DNA of 64,000 bases. Origin: an uncultured Gammaproteobacteria bacterium. Its GTDB lineage: Bacteria > Patescibacteriota > Microgenomatia > Daviesbacterales > UBA10151. Shown piece after piece: positions 1 through 9,104 of the stretch. The position numbers and the translations under genes are program-made. Every line of letters starts with the position of its first letter. Position 1 is the first letter of the stretch. The stretch is taken from NCBI GenBank assembly GCA_964415615.1, contig CAYQAW010000005.1, forward strand, positions 1,902-65,901, read 5' to 3'. Under the pieces are notes generated by a model. It had not been told where the DNA came from. It saw only the letters and a list, made by a program, of their open reading frames with translations, and made no database searches.

Positions 1-2
1 CA

Positions 3-539
3 AAAGAAGGATACACTGCGCCAAACGGAGAAAAATTGGTTGAGAAACGTGGTATTGAAGTAGGAAATATTTTCCAGCTTGGTTTTCATTACTCATCCAG
101 GATGAAAGGAGCTAATTTTAGAGATGCTGATGGGCAGGAAAAGCCATATTATATGGGCTGTTATGGTATAGGGCTTGCAAGGACACTTGCAGCAATAGTT
201 GAGGTTTACAATGATGAGAAAGGAATTATTTGGCCAGAAAGTATAGCTCCATATATGGTTCATCTGGTGGGATTGGATTTAGAAGGGGAAAGCGTAAAGG
301 GTAAAGCGGAAAGTATATACAAATTATTACAGGCAGAGGGTATAGAAGTCTTATTTGATGATAGGCAAGATATCTCAGCAGGAGCTAAATTTGCTGATGC
401 AGATTTACTGGGAATCCCATACAGGATAGTTATTTCCAAAAAAACTAAGGATCAGCTGGAAGTTAAAAAAAGATCAGAAAAAGAAACCAAGTTTTTGGAA
501 TTTGAAGAACTGCTAAAATTTTTGGGACAAAAACCCTAG
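3..539 (+). CDS. proS: Prolyl-tRNA synthetase, C-terminal part; 5' end lies outside the window
   Basis: Open frame runs from position 3 (KEGYTAPNGEK...) with no stop. Anticodon-binding-domain-like sequence YYMGCYGIGLARTLAAIVE is typical of the ProRS C-terminus. Confidence 0.8.
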   Translation, partial: KEGYTAPNGEKLVEKRGIEVGNIFQLGFHYSSRMKGANFRDADGQEKPYYMGCYGIGLARTLAAIVEVYNDEKGIIWPESIAPYMVHLVGLDLEGESVKGKAESIYKLLQAEGIEVLFDDRQDISAGAKFADADLLGIPYRIVISKKTKDQLEVKKRSEKETKFLEFEELLKFLGQKP

Positions 540-614
540 GTGTAGCTTCACTCCCACCTCGGAGGTGGGATCAGGATTGATTTTAAGGCTCATTTCTGGT
601 ACATTACCTAACTA

Positions 615-1703
615 ATGATAACTAAAAATATTGTAAAGCTTCCAAAATCTATAGTTGAAGTAACAATAACAGCTCCTTGGGTTGATATGGCTCAAAGCTG
701 GGATGCTACTTTGCAGAAAATGGCTCAAGATATAGAGTTGTCTGGTTTTAGAAAAGGTGCAGCGCCTTTGCCTGTGGTAGAGCAGCAACTTGGAACAAGG
801 CTTCAGGATGAAGTCTTAAAAACTGCTATGCCTAATTTTTTAATAGAGGCCTTAAAAGGCAGTGATATTGTCCCAATTGACTATCCCAAGTATGATCTAA
901 TTTCTTTCACAAAAGGGCAGCAAATGCAATTTAAGGCAACTGTTACCAACAGACCAGCAGTCGCTGTCGGAAGCTATAAAACTATAAAAGTTTCAAAACC
1001 TACTCCAAAAGCTGTAACTGAGGAAGAAGTCCAAAAAGTGATAGATGATTTATATAAAAGATGGCAAGGAAGACAGTCATCAGCTGTCAGTCCTCAGCCT
1101 TCAGCCACACAGAATCAAAATACAGCAGGAGGAACAGGTCCTTCTGGATCTATTAGTTTTCAAGCTAATGGACAAACAAGCGGGCCAGATGATACTTTTG
1201 CTAAAGCCATGGGAGCTATGAGTTTAATAGATTTAAAAACTAAAGTCAGGAAAGATTTAGAAGCCAATGTTTCTTATAATAATGAGTTAGATTATGAAGA
1301 AGCCATCCTACAAGAAGTAGAAAAAATTACCACAGTAGAACTACCGGAAATCTTAATTCAGGATGAATTAAATAGAATGTTAGTTTCTTTGCAAAGAAGG
1401 GTTGCAGATATGGGACTGCTTTTAGAGGATTATCTAAAAGGCCAGGGCAAAACTTTAGAACAGCTTAAAAAAGAGTGGACAGTTCAAGCTGAGAAAAATG
1501 TCAGGATGGAGTTAGGGCTTGCTGATATTGCCAGACAAGAAAATGTAGCTATTTCTGATACAGAGCTGCAGGCTGAGATTGATAAAATCCAAGACCAAAA
1601 AGTTAAATCCCAATTTGATGCTCAAGAGCCAAGACTACATTTAAGGCATGCCTTGAGACAAACCAGAACCCTAGATCTTTTAAAGAAATTAGTAGGTGGG
1701 TAA
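615..1703 (+). CDS. tig: Trigger factor (ribosome-associated chaperone / PPIase)
   Basis: N-terminal ribosome-binding signature GFRKGAAP (GFRxGxxP). Size ~360 aa with an acidic C-terminal domain. Confidence 0.8.
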   Translation: MITKNIVKLPKSIVEVTITAPWVDMAQSWDATLQKMAQDIELSGFRKGAAPLPVVEQQLGTRLQDEVLKTAMPNFLIEALKGSDIVPIDYPKYDLISFTKGQQMQFKATVTNRPAVAVGSYKTIKVSKPTPKAVTEEEVQKVIDDLYKRWQGRQSSAVSPQPSATQNQNTAGGTGPSGSISFQANGQTSGPDDTFAKAMGAMSLIDLKTKVRKDLEANVSYNNELDYEEAILQEVEKITTVELPEILIQDELNRMLVSLQRRVADMGLLLEDYLKGQGKTLEQLKKEWTVQAEKNVRMELGLADIARQENVAISDTELQAEIDKIQDQKVKSQFDAQEPRLHLRHALRQTRTLDLLKKLVGG

Positions 1704-2035
1704 TGGATGATTGTATTTTTTGTAAGATAATCAGAAAAGAGATACCTAAAGACTTAGGTTACGAGTCTGAAAACTTAGTAGCTTTTGCAGATATCAATCC
1801 TTCAGCAGATATTCATCTTTTAATTGTGCCAAAGGAGCATATTGCTGGGGTATCTGATTTAGATGAGACATGTGGAAGTTTGCTGACTGAAGTCTATAAA
1901 GTAGCCAATAAGCTCGTAAATGATAATAATTTAACTGATAAAGCTTATAGAGTAGTAGTAAATGGCGGTAAGGCTCAACATGTGCCCCATTTACATTTCC
2001 ATCTATTGGGTGGACAATTAAAAAAACTGGTTTAA
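1703..2035 (+). CDS. HIT-family (histidine triad) nucleotide hydrolase
   Basis: C-terminal HxHxH motif HLHFHLLGG; 110 aa. ATGA start/stop overlap with tig. Confidence 0.8.
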   Translation: MDDCIFCKIIRKEIPKDLGYESENLVAFADINPSADIHLLIVPKEHIAGVSDLDETCGSLLTEVYKVANKLVNDNNLTDKAYRVVVNGGKAQHVPHLHFHLLGGQLKKLV

Positions 2036-2178
2036 ATTTATAACCGCTTTGCCAAAAGCAAAGAAAGGTTACAGTCTTCCGTGGACATTAAATGCAAAGC
2101 GGATGTAAACATACAAAAGAAAAAACCGAGGACTTTCAGTCCGCGGAAGTTTATAAAAGGAGGTGTTTTTAATATTTT
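2036..2178 (+). promoter_or_regulatory. Structured 5' leader upstream of rpsU; possible pseudoknot with alternative pairings, followed by SD AAGGAGGTG
   Basis: ccgctttgc (2045-2053) pairs with gcaaagcgg (2091-2099). cttccgtggac inside that stem is complementary to gtccgcggaag at ~2137-2147. That downstream arm can alternatively pair locally (ggac...gtcc). Confidence 0.35.
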
Positions 2179-2376
2179 ATGTCAATAATAGTTAAAGCAG
2201 GCCCGGGCGATAGCACGGATTCAGTGATTAGAAAATTTCAAAAAAAGGTTGTAATGGAGGGATTAGTTCAAGAAATTAGGGATAGATCTGTTTACAGGAA
2301 GCCATCACAGCTTCGTCAAGAATATCTGGCAGAAAAACGCAGGAAAATTATGCGGGCCAAAAGATATGCTAGATAA
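2179..2376 (+). CDS. rpsU: 30S ribosomal protein S21
   Basis: 65 aa, basic; ...RKPSQLRQEYLAEKRRKIMRAKRYAR is the classic S21 C-terminus. Confidence 0.9.
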   Translation: MSIIVKAGPGDSTDSVIRKFQKKVVMEGLVQEIRDRSVYRKPSQLRQEYLAEKRRKIMRAKRYAR

Positions 2377-2809
2377 AATCCAATCTGATTTAAAACAGGC
2401 ACAGCTGGCAAGGGATGAAATTAAGGTTTCTACCTTGAGGCTTTTGCTTTCAGAAATTAAAAATGCTGAGATTGCAAAGGGCAACTCACTTGCCCAGCAA
2501 GATATAATTTCTGTTATCCAAAAAGAAGTCAAAAAGAGAAAAGAAGCTGCAAATGCTTTTAGGTTTGGTGGCAGAGAAGAGTCTGCAGTCAAAGAAGAAT
2601 CTGAACTTAAAGTTTTAGAGCAGTATCTTCCTGCGCAAATCTCAACTGAGGAATTGACTAAAATAGTGGAAGAGTCTATAAATGAACAGGGGGCAACTTC
2701 TATACAGGACATGGGTAAAGTAATAGGAGCGGTGATGGGTAAGGTAAAAGGTCAGACTGATGGAGGCGCGGTAAGCGCTTTGGTAAAAGAGAAACTTTTG
2801 CAGATGTAA
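2366..2809 (+). CDS. GatB/YqeY domain protein
   Basis: ~147 aa; LRLLLSEIKNAEI... and GAVMGKVKGQ resemble the YqeY family. Often follows rpsU. Confidence 0.7.
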   Translation: MLDKIQSDLKQAQLARDEIKVSTLRLLLSEIKNAEIAKGNSLAQQDIISVIQKEVKKRKEAANAFRFGGREESAVKEESELKVLEQYLPAQISTEELTKIVEESINEQGATSIQDMGKVIGAVMGKVKGQTDGGAVSALVKEKLLQM

Positions 2810-2876
2810 AAGGGTAAAGGGATAAGCGTGAAGGGTAAAGTAATTACTTCCCCCTTTCCGCTTTACGCTAAAAAAT

Positions 2877-3290
2877 ATGGTTAACATCATTGTAAATTCA
2901 GATCCAAGATATAATGTAAATAAAGATAGTATTAGAGAAATTATAGCTGAAACGCTAAGAAAACTTCATGTTTCTGGCAGGGTTGAGATAGGAGTAAATA
3001 TTGTAGGTGATAGGAAAATGCATGAACTAAACAGAAAGTTCAGAGGACTGGATTCTACCACTAATATTCTATCTTTTGCCTTGGAGGATACAACTCCTTC
3101 TAGTTTGCAGCATATTCCTAAAATTGGATTTGTGGCAGCCCCAGATAAATGGTTACGACTTGGGGATATTGTTATTTCCTATCCGCAAGCATTAGAAGAT
3201 GCTTCTATGGATGGAATCTCTGTTGATACAGAAATTAGGAATTTAGTGGAACATGGTTTAAATCACCTGTTAGGAATTCATCACAATTAA
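2877..3290 (+). CDS. ybeY: rRNA maturation endoribonuclease YbeY
   Basis: HGLNHLLGIHH (H-x3-H-x5-H zinc motif) at the C-terminus; 137 aa. Confidence 0.85.
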   Translation: MVNIIVNSDPRYNVNKDSIREIIAETLRKLHVSGRVEIGVNIVGDRKMHELNRKFRGLDSTTNILSFALEDTTPSSLQHIPKIGFVAAPDKWLRLGDIVISYPQALEDASMDGISVDTEIRNLVEHGLNHLLGIHHN

Positions 3291-4876
3291 TGTCTAATAT
3301 AGCCTTTTATTTAAAGTATCGTCCTCAAACTTTGGGAGAATTAGTAGGTCAAGAAGCTGTCAGAAAAACCCTTCTCTCATCTTTTCAAAATAGTAAGCTC
3401 TCACATGCTTATCTATTTGTAGGCCCAAGGGGAACTGGGAAAACCTCAACAGCTCGAATACTGGCCAAAATGGTCAATTGTGAGGGTAAGGGGGAAAGCG
3501 GAAAGGGTGAAGTTCCCTGTAATCAATGTTCAATCTGTGTTTCCATTACTGATGGATCTAATTTAGACCTTATTGAAATTGATGCTGCTTCAAACAGGGG
3601 TATAGAAGATATCAGGTCTTTAAGGGATAAAATCAAGCTTGCTCCCAGCAGTTGCAAAAAGAAGGTCTATATTATTGATGAAGTTCATATGTTAACTCCT
3701 GAGGCTTTTAATGCTTTACTTAAAACTTTGGAAGAACCACCCTCTCATGTTTTATTTATTTTAGCAACCACCGAAGTCACAAAAATCCCTCAGACAATTT
3801 TATCAAGAGCTCAAAAGTTAGATTTTAAACTGGCCACATCTTCAGAATTACTGGAAGCTTTAGAAAGAATTGTTAAAAAAGAAGACATAGATATAGATCA
3901 AGAGGCTTTAAAAGCCTTGGTTAAAAAATCAGATGGATCTTTTAGAGATGGAGTTAAGCTTCTGGATCAAGTAGCTTCTATTGGGGAGAAAATTACCACT
4001 TCCTTTATTGAAGAAAATCTTAAATCCTCACAATTTGAAAGTATTTTGAGTCTGATACAAGCTTTTAAAGATAAAAATGCTGCTGAAGGATTGCTTAATA
4101 TTAGCAAGCAACTGGAGAGTGGAGTTGATGCTAAACAATTAATTTTGTCTCTGATGGATACTTTTAGGAGTTTAGTTTTTATTAAAAATAATGTTGGTGA
4201 GCAGTTGGTAAAAAATGGTTTAATAGAAGATAAATATCAGCAGTTAGTAAAAATTTCTGAAGATTTATCTATATCTGATTTAACTGAAAGTCTAAATGCT
4301 TTGCAAAACGCTTTGGAGAAATTAAAATTTGCTTCAATCCCATCTTTGCCTTTGGAGCTGGCAGTTGTAGAGATTTGCGGAGAACAATTGTCACATAAGA
4401 CGATAGATGATGGAAAATTGAAGATAGTGATAGAAGATAGCAAGATAGAAGATAGAAAAGTAATCAATCTTCAATCATCCATAGTCAAAGATTCATCTTC
4501 TATCATCTATGATCAATCGTCTAGCAATGATATCCAAAAGCTTAAGGAAAAGTGGACCTTTGTCTTAGAAACAATCAGACCATATAATTTTTCCTTAGAA
4601 GCTCTACTTAGGAATGTGATAATTAAAGACTGTACTTCTAATGCTGTAATCATGGAGGTGCCTTATTCTTTTCACCAAAGAATTTTAGAATCTCCTAAAA
4701 ACAGAGATCTTTTGGAGTCAATTTTCTCAGATATTTTAGGAAGAAGTATTAAGGCATCTACAGTATTGGGATTCAGGCCAACCAGAAAAGAAGATATAGC
4801 AAATATAGAAATAGCCCAGGACGATGAAATCATCAGAGCAGCAGCAGAAATCTTCAACTCTGATACAGTCAATTAA
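3290..4876 (+). CDS. dnaX: DNA polymerase III subunit gamma/tau
   Basis: AAA+ Walker A LFVGPRGTGKTS. Zinc module NCE...PCNQCSICV. Followed downstream by ybaB and recR. Confidence 0.9.
   Translation: MSNIAFYLKYRPQTLGELVGQEAVRKTLLSSFQNSKLSHAYLFVGPRGTGKTSTARILAKMVNCEGKGESGKGEVPCNQCSICVSITDGSNLDLIEIDAASNRGIEDIRSLRDKIKLAPSSCKKKVYIIDEVHMLTPEAFNALLKTLEEPPSHVLFILATTEVTKIPQTILSRAQKLDFKLATSSELLEALERIVKKEDIDIDQEALKALVKKSDGSFRDGVKLLDQVASIGEKITTSFIEENLKSSQFESILSLIQAFKDKNAAEGLLNISKQLESGVDAKQLILSLMDTFRSLVFIKNNVGEQLVKNGLIEDKYQQLVKISEDLSISDLTESLNALQNALEKLKFASIPSLPLELAVVEICGEQLSHKTIDDGKLKIVIEDSKIEDRKVINLQSSIVKDSSSIIYDQSSSNDIQKLKEKWTFVLETIRPYNFSLEALLRNVIIKDCTSNAVIMEVPYSFHQRILESPKNRDLLESIFSDILGRSIKASTVLGFRPTRKEDIANIEIAQDDEIIRAAAEIFNSDTVN
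4844..4876 (+). repeat. Left copy of a 33-nt imperfect direct repeat (dnaX 3' end, 29/33 identical to 5579-5611)
   Basis: gcagaaatcttcaactctgatacagtcaattaa versus gcagaaatctttaattctgatacaataaattaa. Confidence 0.85.
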
Positions 4877-4937
4877 TTATAATAATACTATTGTCTTATT
4901 GATAATTAAATAGCAATGAGATACAATTGTTATTGAT

Positions 4938-5174
4938 ATGGAAACTCTGACTACTATTACTCCTAAATTCCAAGTTCATATTCCAGTTGCCATCCGCAAA
5001 AAAATTGGCCTGAAAAAACACGGAAGGGCTATCATCAGGGTAGAAAAGAAAAAAATTATTATTGAACCTATTAAGTCTGATTTTTTATCATTGGGAGGAA
5101 AGTTTAGAGTTAAAAATCCCATCCCTGCAGAGAAAATTAGAGATTACATCGATTATACTGAGGGACGATATTAA
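4938..5174 (+). CDS. AbrB/SpoVT-type antitoxin (VapB-like) of a type II TA pair
   Basis: 78 aa, swapped-hairpin-like N-terminus. Immediately precedes a PIN gene with a 5-nt gap. Confidence 0.6.
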   Translation: METLTTITPKFQVHIPVAIRKKIGLKKHGRAIIRVEKKKIIIEPIKSDFLSLGGKFRVKNPIPAEKIRDYIDYTEGRY

Positions 5175-5179
5175 TTTTT

Positions 5180-5611
5180 GTGGATAAGATATTTATAGAT
5201 ACAAGTATCTTTATCAGATTTTTGACTAAAGATATCCCAGAAAAATATGAGGAGTGTGAAAACCTTTTTAAGATTATCCAGAATGGGGAGGCTAAATCAT
5301 ATATTTCAAATTTTGTGATTTTTGAGATAGTATTTGTACTCACCCGCCAGTATAAATTTCCTAAGAAAAGAGTTTTGCAAATACTCGATCAAATACTCAA
5401 GATCCGTAATATCATAGTAATTGAACAGACTGATGTTACTAAAGCTGTGAAGTTTTACAATAAATACAATATCAAGTACGGAGATTGTGTTATCGCCACA
5501 CAAATTCCTAAAGGAGTTAGTATAGTTACTTATGACGCGGATTTTTCTAAAATACCTTCCTTAAAGTCCATCACACCCGCAGAAATCTTTAATTCTGATA
5601 CAATAAATTAA
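5180..5611 (+). CDS. PIN-domain ribonuclease toxin (VapC-like)
   Basis: N-terminal IFIDTSIFI (conserved PIN Asp); 143 aa. The last 11 codons lie in a direct repeat of the dnaX 3' end. Confidence 0.75.
   Translation: MDKIFIDTSIFIRFLTKDIPEKYEECENLFKIIQNGEAKSYISNFVIFEIVFVLTRQYKFPKKRVLQILDQILKIRNIIVIEQTDVTKAVKFYNKYNIKYGDCVIATQIPKGVSIVTYDADFSKIPSLKSITPAEIFNSDTIN
5579..5611 (+). repeat. Right copy of the 33-nt direct repeat; encodes the VapC C-terminus ...AEIFNSDTIN*
   Basis: Direct sequence comparison. Both copies end in TAA and encode EIFNSDT(V/I)N. Confidence 0.85.
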
Positions 5612-5661
5612 ATTTTCCTCCTTGAAAAGTAAGTAATAGTTTTTATATACTCTTTGCATTA

Positions 5662-6951
5662 ATGGTATCAAAGGTTTTTAAATTAATTGCAGAAGAAGCC
5701 CACAGACAAAAGTATGGCCTGGAGATGATCCCCTCAGAAAATTATGTTTCAGAAGACGTCTTAAAAGCCCTAGGTTCAATTTTGACTAATAAATACTCAG
5801 AAGGTTTTCCTGGCAGAAGATATTATGGTGGTAATGAAGTTATTGATAAAATTGAAAGCTATGCTTGTGAGTTGGCAAATAAACTTTTTGGTACCAAATA
5901 TGCTTTTGTTCAGCCCTATTCTGGTTCTCCTGCAAATCAAGCTGTGACTTTAGCAGTATGTGAACCAGGTGATGTAGTGATGGGATTATCACTTGCATCA
6001 GGTGGTCATTTAACTCATGGAGCAAAGCTGTCTTTTTCCAGCATTTTTTACAAAGCTGTAAATTATGAGGTTGGTAAAGATTGGAAAATAGATTATGAAC
6101 AGCTGGAAGCTTTAGCTAAAAAGCATAAACCAAAATTAATTTGGGCTGGAACTACGGCTTATCCTTTTAAGTTAGATTATAAAAAGTTTAGACAAATTGC
6201 AGATATGGTGGGAGCAACTTTGGTTGCAGACTGTTCTCATATTACAGGGTTGATAATTGGAGGGGTGCATCAATCACCAGTTCCATATGTTGATTTGATA
6301 ATGACTACTACCCATAAAACTTTAAGAGGCCCTAGGGGAGCAATTATTTTAGTTACCCAAAGAGGTTTCAAAAAAGATCCGGAAATAAAAGCCAAAATAG
6401 AAAGAGCAATTATTCCTGGTATTCAGGGGGGTCCACATAATCATCAAACTGCAGCTATTGCAGTGTGTTTGGAAGAAGCCTTAAAGCCATCATTTAAAAA
6501 GTATGCTGAACAAATTGCTAAGAATGCTGAGGTTTTAGCAAAAGAATTAGGAACTGTTTCCCAAACTCATCTAGTGCTTTTAAGTCTAACGGATTATGGA
6601 TATGGAATGGGTTATCAAGCGCAGTTCGCTTTAGAAGAAGCAGGAATTACTGTTAATAAAAATTCTATTCCAGGTGAACCAGCCTCTCCTTTTTATCCCT
6701 CAGGAATAAGATTAGGTACTCCAGCTTTAACTACAAGAGGAATGAAGGAAAAAGATATGGTCAAGATTGCGGGTTGGATTAAGAGGGTTTTAGAAGAAAT
6801 CAGGGGTTTAGACTTACCAAAAGAGCAAGATAGCAGGAAAGACTTTTTGAAGGAAGCAAAGGCAATTTTACGTAAAAATAAAAACTTAAAACAAGTAAGA
6901 ATTGAAGTAGAACAGTTTGCTGGTAAATTTCCAGTTCCAGGGATCAAATAA
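5662..6951 (+). CDS. glyA: Serine hydroxymethyltransferase
   Basis: PLP-lysine region TTTHKTLRGPRGAIIL; 429 aa. Confidence 0.9.
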   Translation: MVSKVFKLIAEEAHRQKYGLEMIPSENYVSEDVLKALGSILTNKYSEGFPGRRYYGGNEVIDKIESYACELANKLFGTKYAFVQPYSGSPANQAVTLAVCEPGDVVMGLSLASGGHLTHGAKLSFSSIFYKAVNYEVGKDWKIDYEQLEALAKKHKPKLIWAGTTAYPFKLDYKKFRQIADMVGATLVADCSHITGLIIGGVHQSPVPYVDLIMTTTHKTLRGPRGAIILVTQRGFKKDPEIKAKIERAIIPGIQGGPHNHQTAAIAVCLEEALKPSFKKYAEQIAKNAEVLAKELGTVSQTHLVLLSLTDYGYGMGYQAQFALEEAGITVNKNSIPGEPASPFYPSGIRLGTPALTTRGMKEKDMVKIAGWIKRVLEEIRGLDLPKEQDSRKDFLKEAKAILRKNKNLKQVRIEVEQFAGKFPVPGIK

Positions 6952-6952
6952 C

Positions 6953-7786
6953 ATGAAAGTATCTGGCAAAAAGGTTGCAGATATTATTGCCAAGAAACTC
7001 CAACAACAAGTACAATATTTAGAAGTTAAACCAGCCCTAGCTATAATTTTAGCAGGTGATAATCCAGCTTCCAGGATTTATGTTAATAATAAAATAATAA
7101 GGGCCCAAGAGGTAGGAGTTGAGGCTAGGCTTCTGGAATTTTCCCAAGACCAATTTGAGGATTGTTTAAAAACAATTGAGGATTTAAATTCTGATAAAAA
7201 TATTCATGGAATAATTATCCAGTATCCTACATATGAGGGTTGGGATTTTGATAAGTTACTTTCTAAAATTGATCCTAAAAAGGATGTTGATGGGTTTTTA
7301 CCAGACTCTCCTTTTTTTGGAGCTACAGCAGTAGGGGTGTGGGAAATGTTGACAGCTTTTGCCTATCAGGAAGGATTTAAAAAAACAGAAGATTTCTTGA
7401 AGGGTAAAAAGATTATTTTACTAGGTAGGGGTAAAACTGCTGGAAGGCCCACAAAGGAACTTTTAGAAAACAAGGGATTTGAGGTTGAAGTAGTTTCCAG
7501 AGAAACAGAAAATCCTGAAGAGGTAATAAAACAAGGAGATGTGGTAATTTCTGCAACAGGGGTAAAAAATATTATTAATAAATCTAACTTAAAAAGAGGA
7601 GTATATGTAATAGGAGTAGGTGTTGGGAAAGAGGTAATTGATGGTCAGTCAAAAATATATGGGGATATAAATGAGCAGGAAGTTGCAGAAGTAGCTAAAT
7701 TATATTGCCCAACCATTGGAGGTATAGGGCCATTAACAATTGTATCTCTTTTGGAAAATGTGATAAAATCAGCAAAAGGAGTTTAA
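6953..7786 (+). CDS. folD: Bifunctional methylene-THF dehydrogenase / methenyl-THF cyclohydrolase
   Basis: GRGKTAGRP and GGIGPLTIVSLLENV motifs. Start chosen at the internal ATG (MKVSGKK) to avoid overlapping glyA. Confidence 0.85.
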   Translation: MKVSGKKVADIIAKKLQQQVQYLEVKPALAIILAGDNPASRIYVNNKIIRAQEVGVEARLLEFSQDQFEDCLKTIEDLNSDKNIHGIIIQYPTYEGWDFDKLLSKIDPKKDVDGFLPDSPFFGATAVGVWEMLTAFAYQEGFKKTEDFLKGKKIILLGRGKTAGRPTKELLENKGFEVEVVSRETENPEEVIKQGDVVISATGVKNIINKSNLKRGVYVIGVGVGKEVIDGQSKIYGDINEQEVAEVAKLYCPTIGGIGPLTIVSLLENVIKSAKGV

Positions 7787-7790
7787 ATAT

Positions 7791-8069
7791 ATGGGGTTAA
7801 TGGATAATTTAAAACAGCTTGGGGATCTCAAGAAGATGAGAGATCAAGCTATGGAAGTACAAAAAAGACTGGCTGGCATTAAAATTACTGTGGAACATAG
7901 AGGTGTAACAGTAGTGATGACTGCTGATCAAAAAGTTGTTTCCATTTCTGGAGATAATGATTTGAATAAAGTTGCTGAAGCAGTTAATGAAGCCTTAAAA
8001 CAATCTCAAAAAGTAGCAGCAGATGAGATGAAACCAATGATGGGTGGCATGGGCATCCCAGGGATGTAA
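7791..8069 (+). CDS. ybaB: Nucleoid-associated protein YbaB/EbfC
   Basis: 92 aa. N-terminus MGLMDNLKQLGDLKKMRDQA...VTVVMTADQKVVSISGD is typical. Sits between dnaX and recR. Confidence 0.85.
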   Translation: MGLMDNLKQLGDLKKMRDQAMEVQKRLAGIKITVEHRGVTVVMTADQKVVSISGDNDLNKVAEAVNEALKQSQKVAADEMKPMMGGMGIPGM

Positions 8070-8092
8070 CTCCCTTATTTTTGTGCTAAAAT

Positions 8093-8698
8093 TTGACCAC
8101 AATGGCACATGTTCCCAAATCAGTTCAAAGTTTAATAGAAGCTTTTGAAAGGCTGCCTGGTATTGGTCCAAAAACAGCTCAAAGGCTAACTTATTATCTT
8201 CTTCATGCTCCTATTGAGGAAGCAAAAGCTTTAGCTGAGGCAGCTGTGGGAATGAAAGAAAAAACCAAGATTTGTTCTATTTGTTTCAATATTGGGGAGG
8301 AAGATCTCTGTCAAATTTGTTCTGATCCTAATAGAGAAAAGGAAGTCCTTGCTGTGGTAGAAAACCCTTTAGATGTTTTAGCTTTAGAAAAAGCAAATTT
8401 TAAGGGTCTTTACCATGTTTTACATGGAGTTATTTCACCTTTGGAAAATATTGGTCCTTCAGAAATTCATATCAGGGAGCTTTTGCCAAGACTTAAGGAT
8501 GGTAGTGTTAAGGAGATAATTTTAGCAACTAATCCAACCATGGAGGGAGAAGCTACTGCTATGTATATTCAGAGATTAATTGCTCCTTTGGGAGTTAAAG
8601 TTACCAGGATTGCGAGAGGTTTGCCAGTTGGATCAGATTTAGAGTATGCTGATGAGACAACATTATCCAGAGCATTGGAGGGTAGGAAAGAATACTAG
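8093..8698 (+). CDS. recR: Recombination protein RecR
   Basis: HhH LPGIGPKTAQRL, C4 zinc finger CSIC...CQIC, Toprim domain. Confidence 0.9.
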   Translation: MTTMAHVPKSVQSLIEAFERLPGIGPKTAQRLTYYLLHAPIEEAKALAEAAVGMKEKTKICSICFNIGEEDLCQICSDPNREKEVLAVVENPLDVLALEKANFKGLYHVLHGVISPLENIGPSEIHIRELLPRLKDGSVKEIILATNPTMEGEATAMYIQRLIAPLGVKVTRIARGLPVGSDLEYADETTLSRALEGRKEY

Positions 8699-8699
8699 T

Positions 8700-9104
8700 A
8701 TGAAAGTTATTGGACAATTTAAAGATGAGATAGAAGATACAGCAGGTGAAGTTGCGCAAGATGTGAAAGACTCAGTAGGAGAGGCTATTGAACAAGGGAT
8801 TCAATCTGTAACTGCACCACAACTTACTCCTCAGCAAATGCAACAAAAACAACAGGAAGATCAAAAAAAAGAAATTGATAGACAAAAACAGATAGCTTAT
8901 ACCAGGAATTGGCTGGGTAATCTACAAATGGTCCAGCAAAAAGTCAGGCAGGAAAATAAACAAAAAGAAGAACAACGGTTACAAGCCCAGCAACAAGAAG
9001 AACAAGTTGCTGAAATGGAAGAAAAACAAGAAAAAGAAAAGCCAATTCATCCTGCTATAGCTTATGCTGGTAAAATAGAGATTAAAAGAGGAGTAGGAGG
9101 ATGA
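8700..9104 (+). CDS. Hypothetical Q/E/K-rich coiled-coil protein
   Basis: ATG at 8700 directly after the recR stop. Low complexity (QQMQQKQQEDQKKE...); no recognisable domain. Confidence 0.4.
   Translation: MKVIGQFKDEIEDTAGEVAQDVKDSVGEAIEQGIQSVTAPQLTPQQMQQKQQEDQKKEIDRQKQIAYTRNWLGNLQMVQQKVRQENKQKEEQRLQAQQQEEQVAEMEEKQEKEKPIHPAIAYAGKIEIKRGVGG

Noticed and set aside
2305-2890. Antisense and overlapping ORFs (2305-2712 and 2642-2890 on the minus strand; many others in the track opposite known genes)
   Set aside because: They lie wholly within or opposite well-supported genes, are low-complexity and have no motifs. These are typical AT-rich shadow ORFs.
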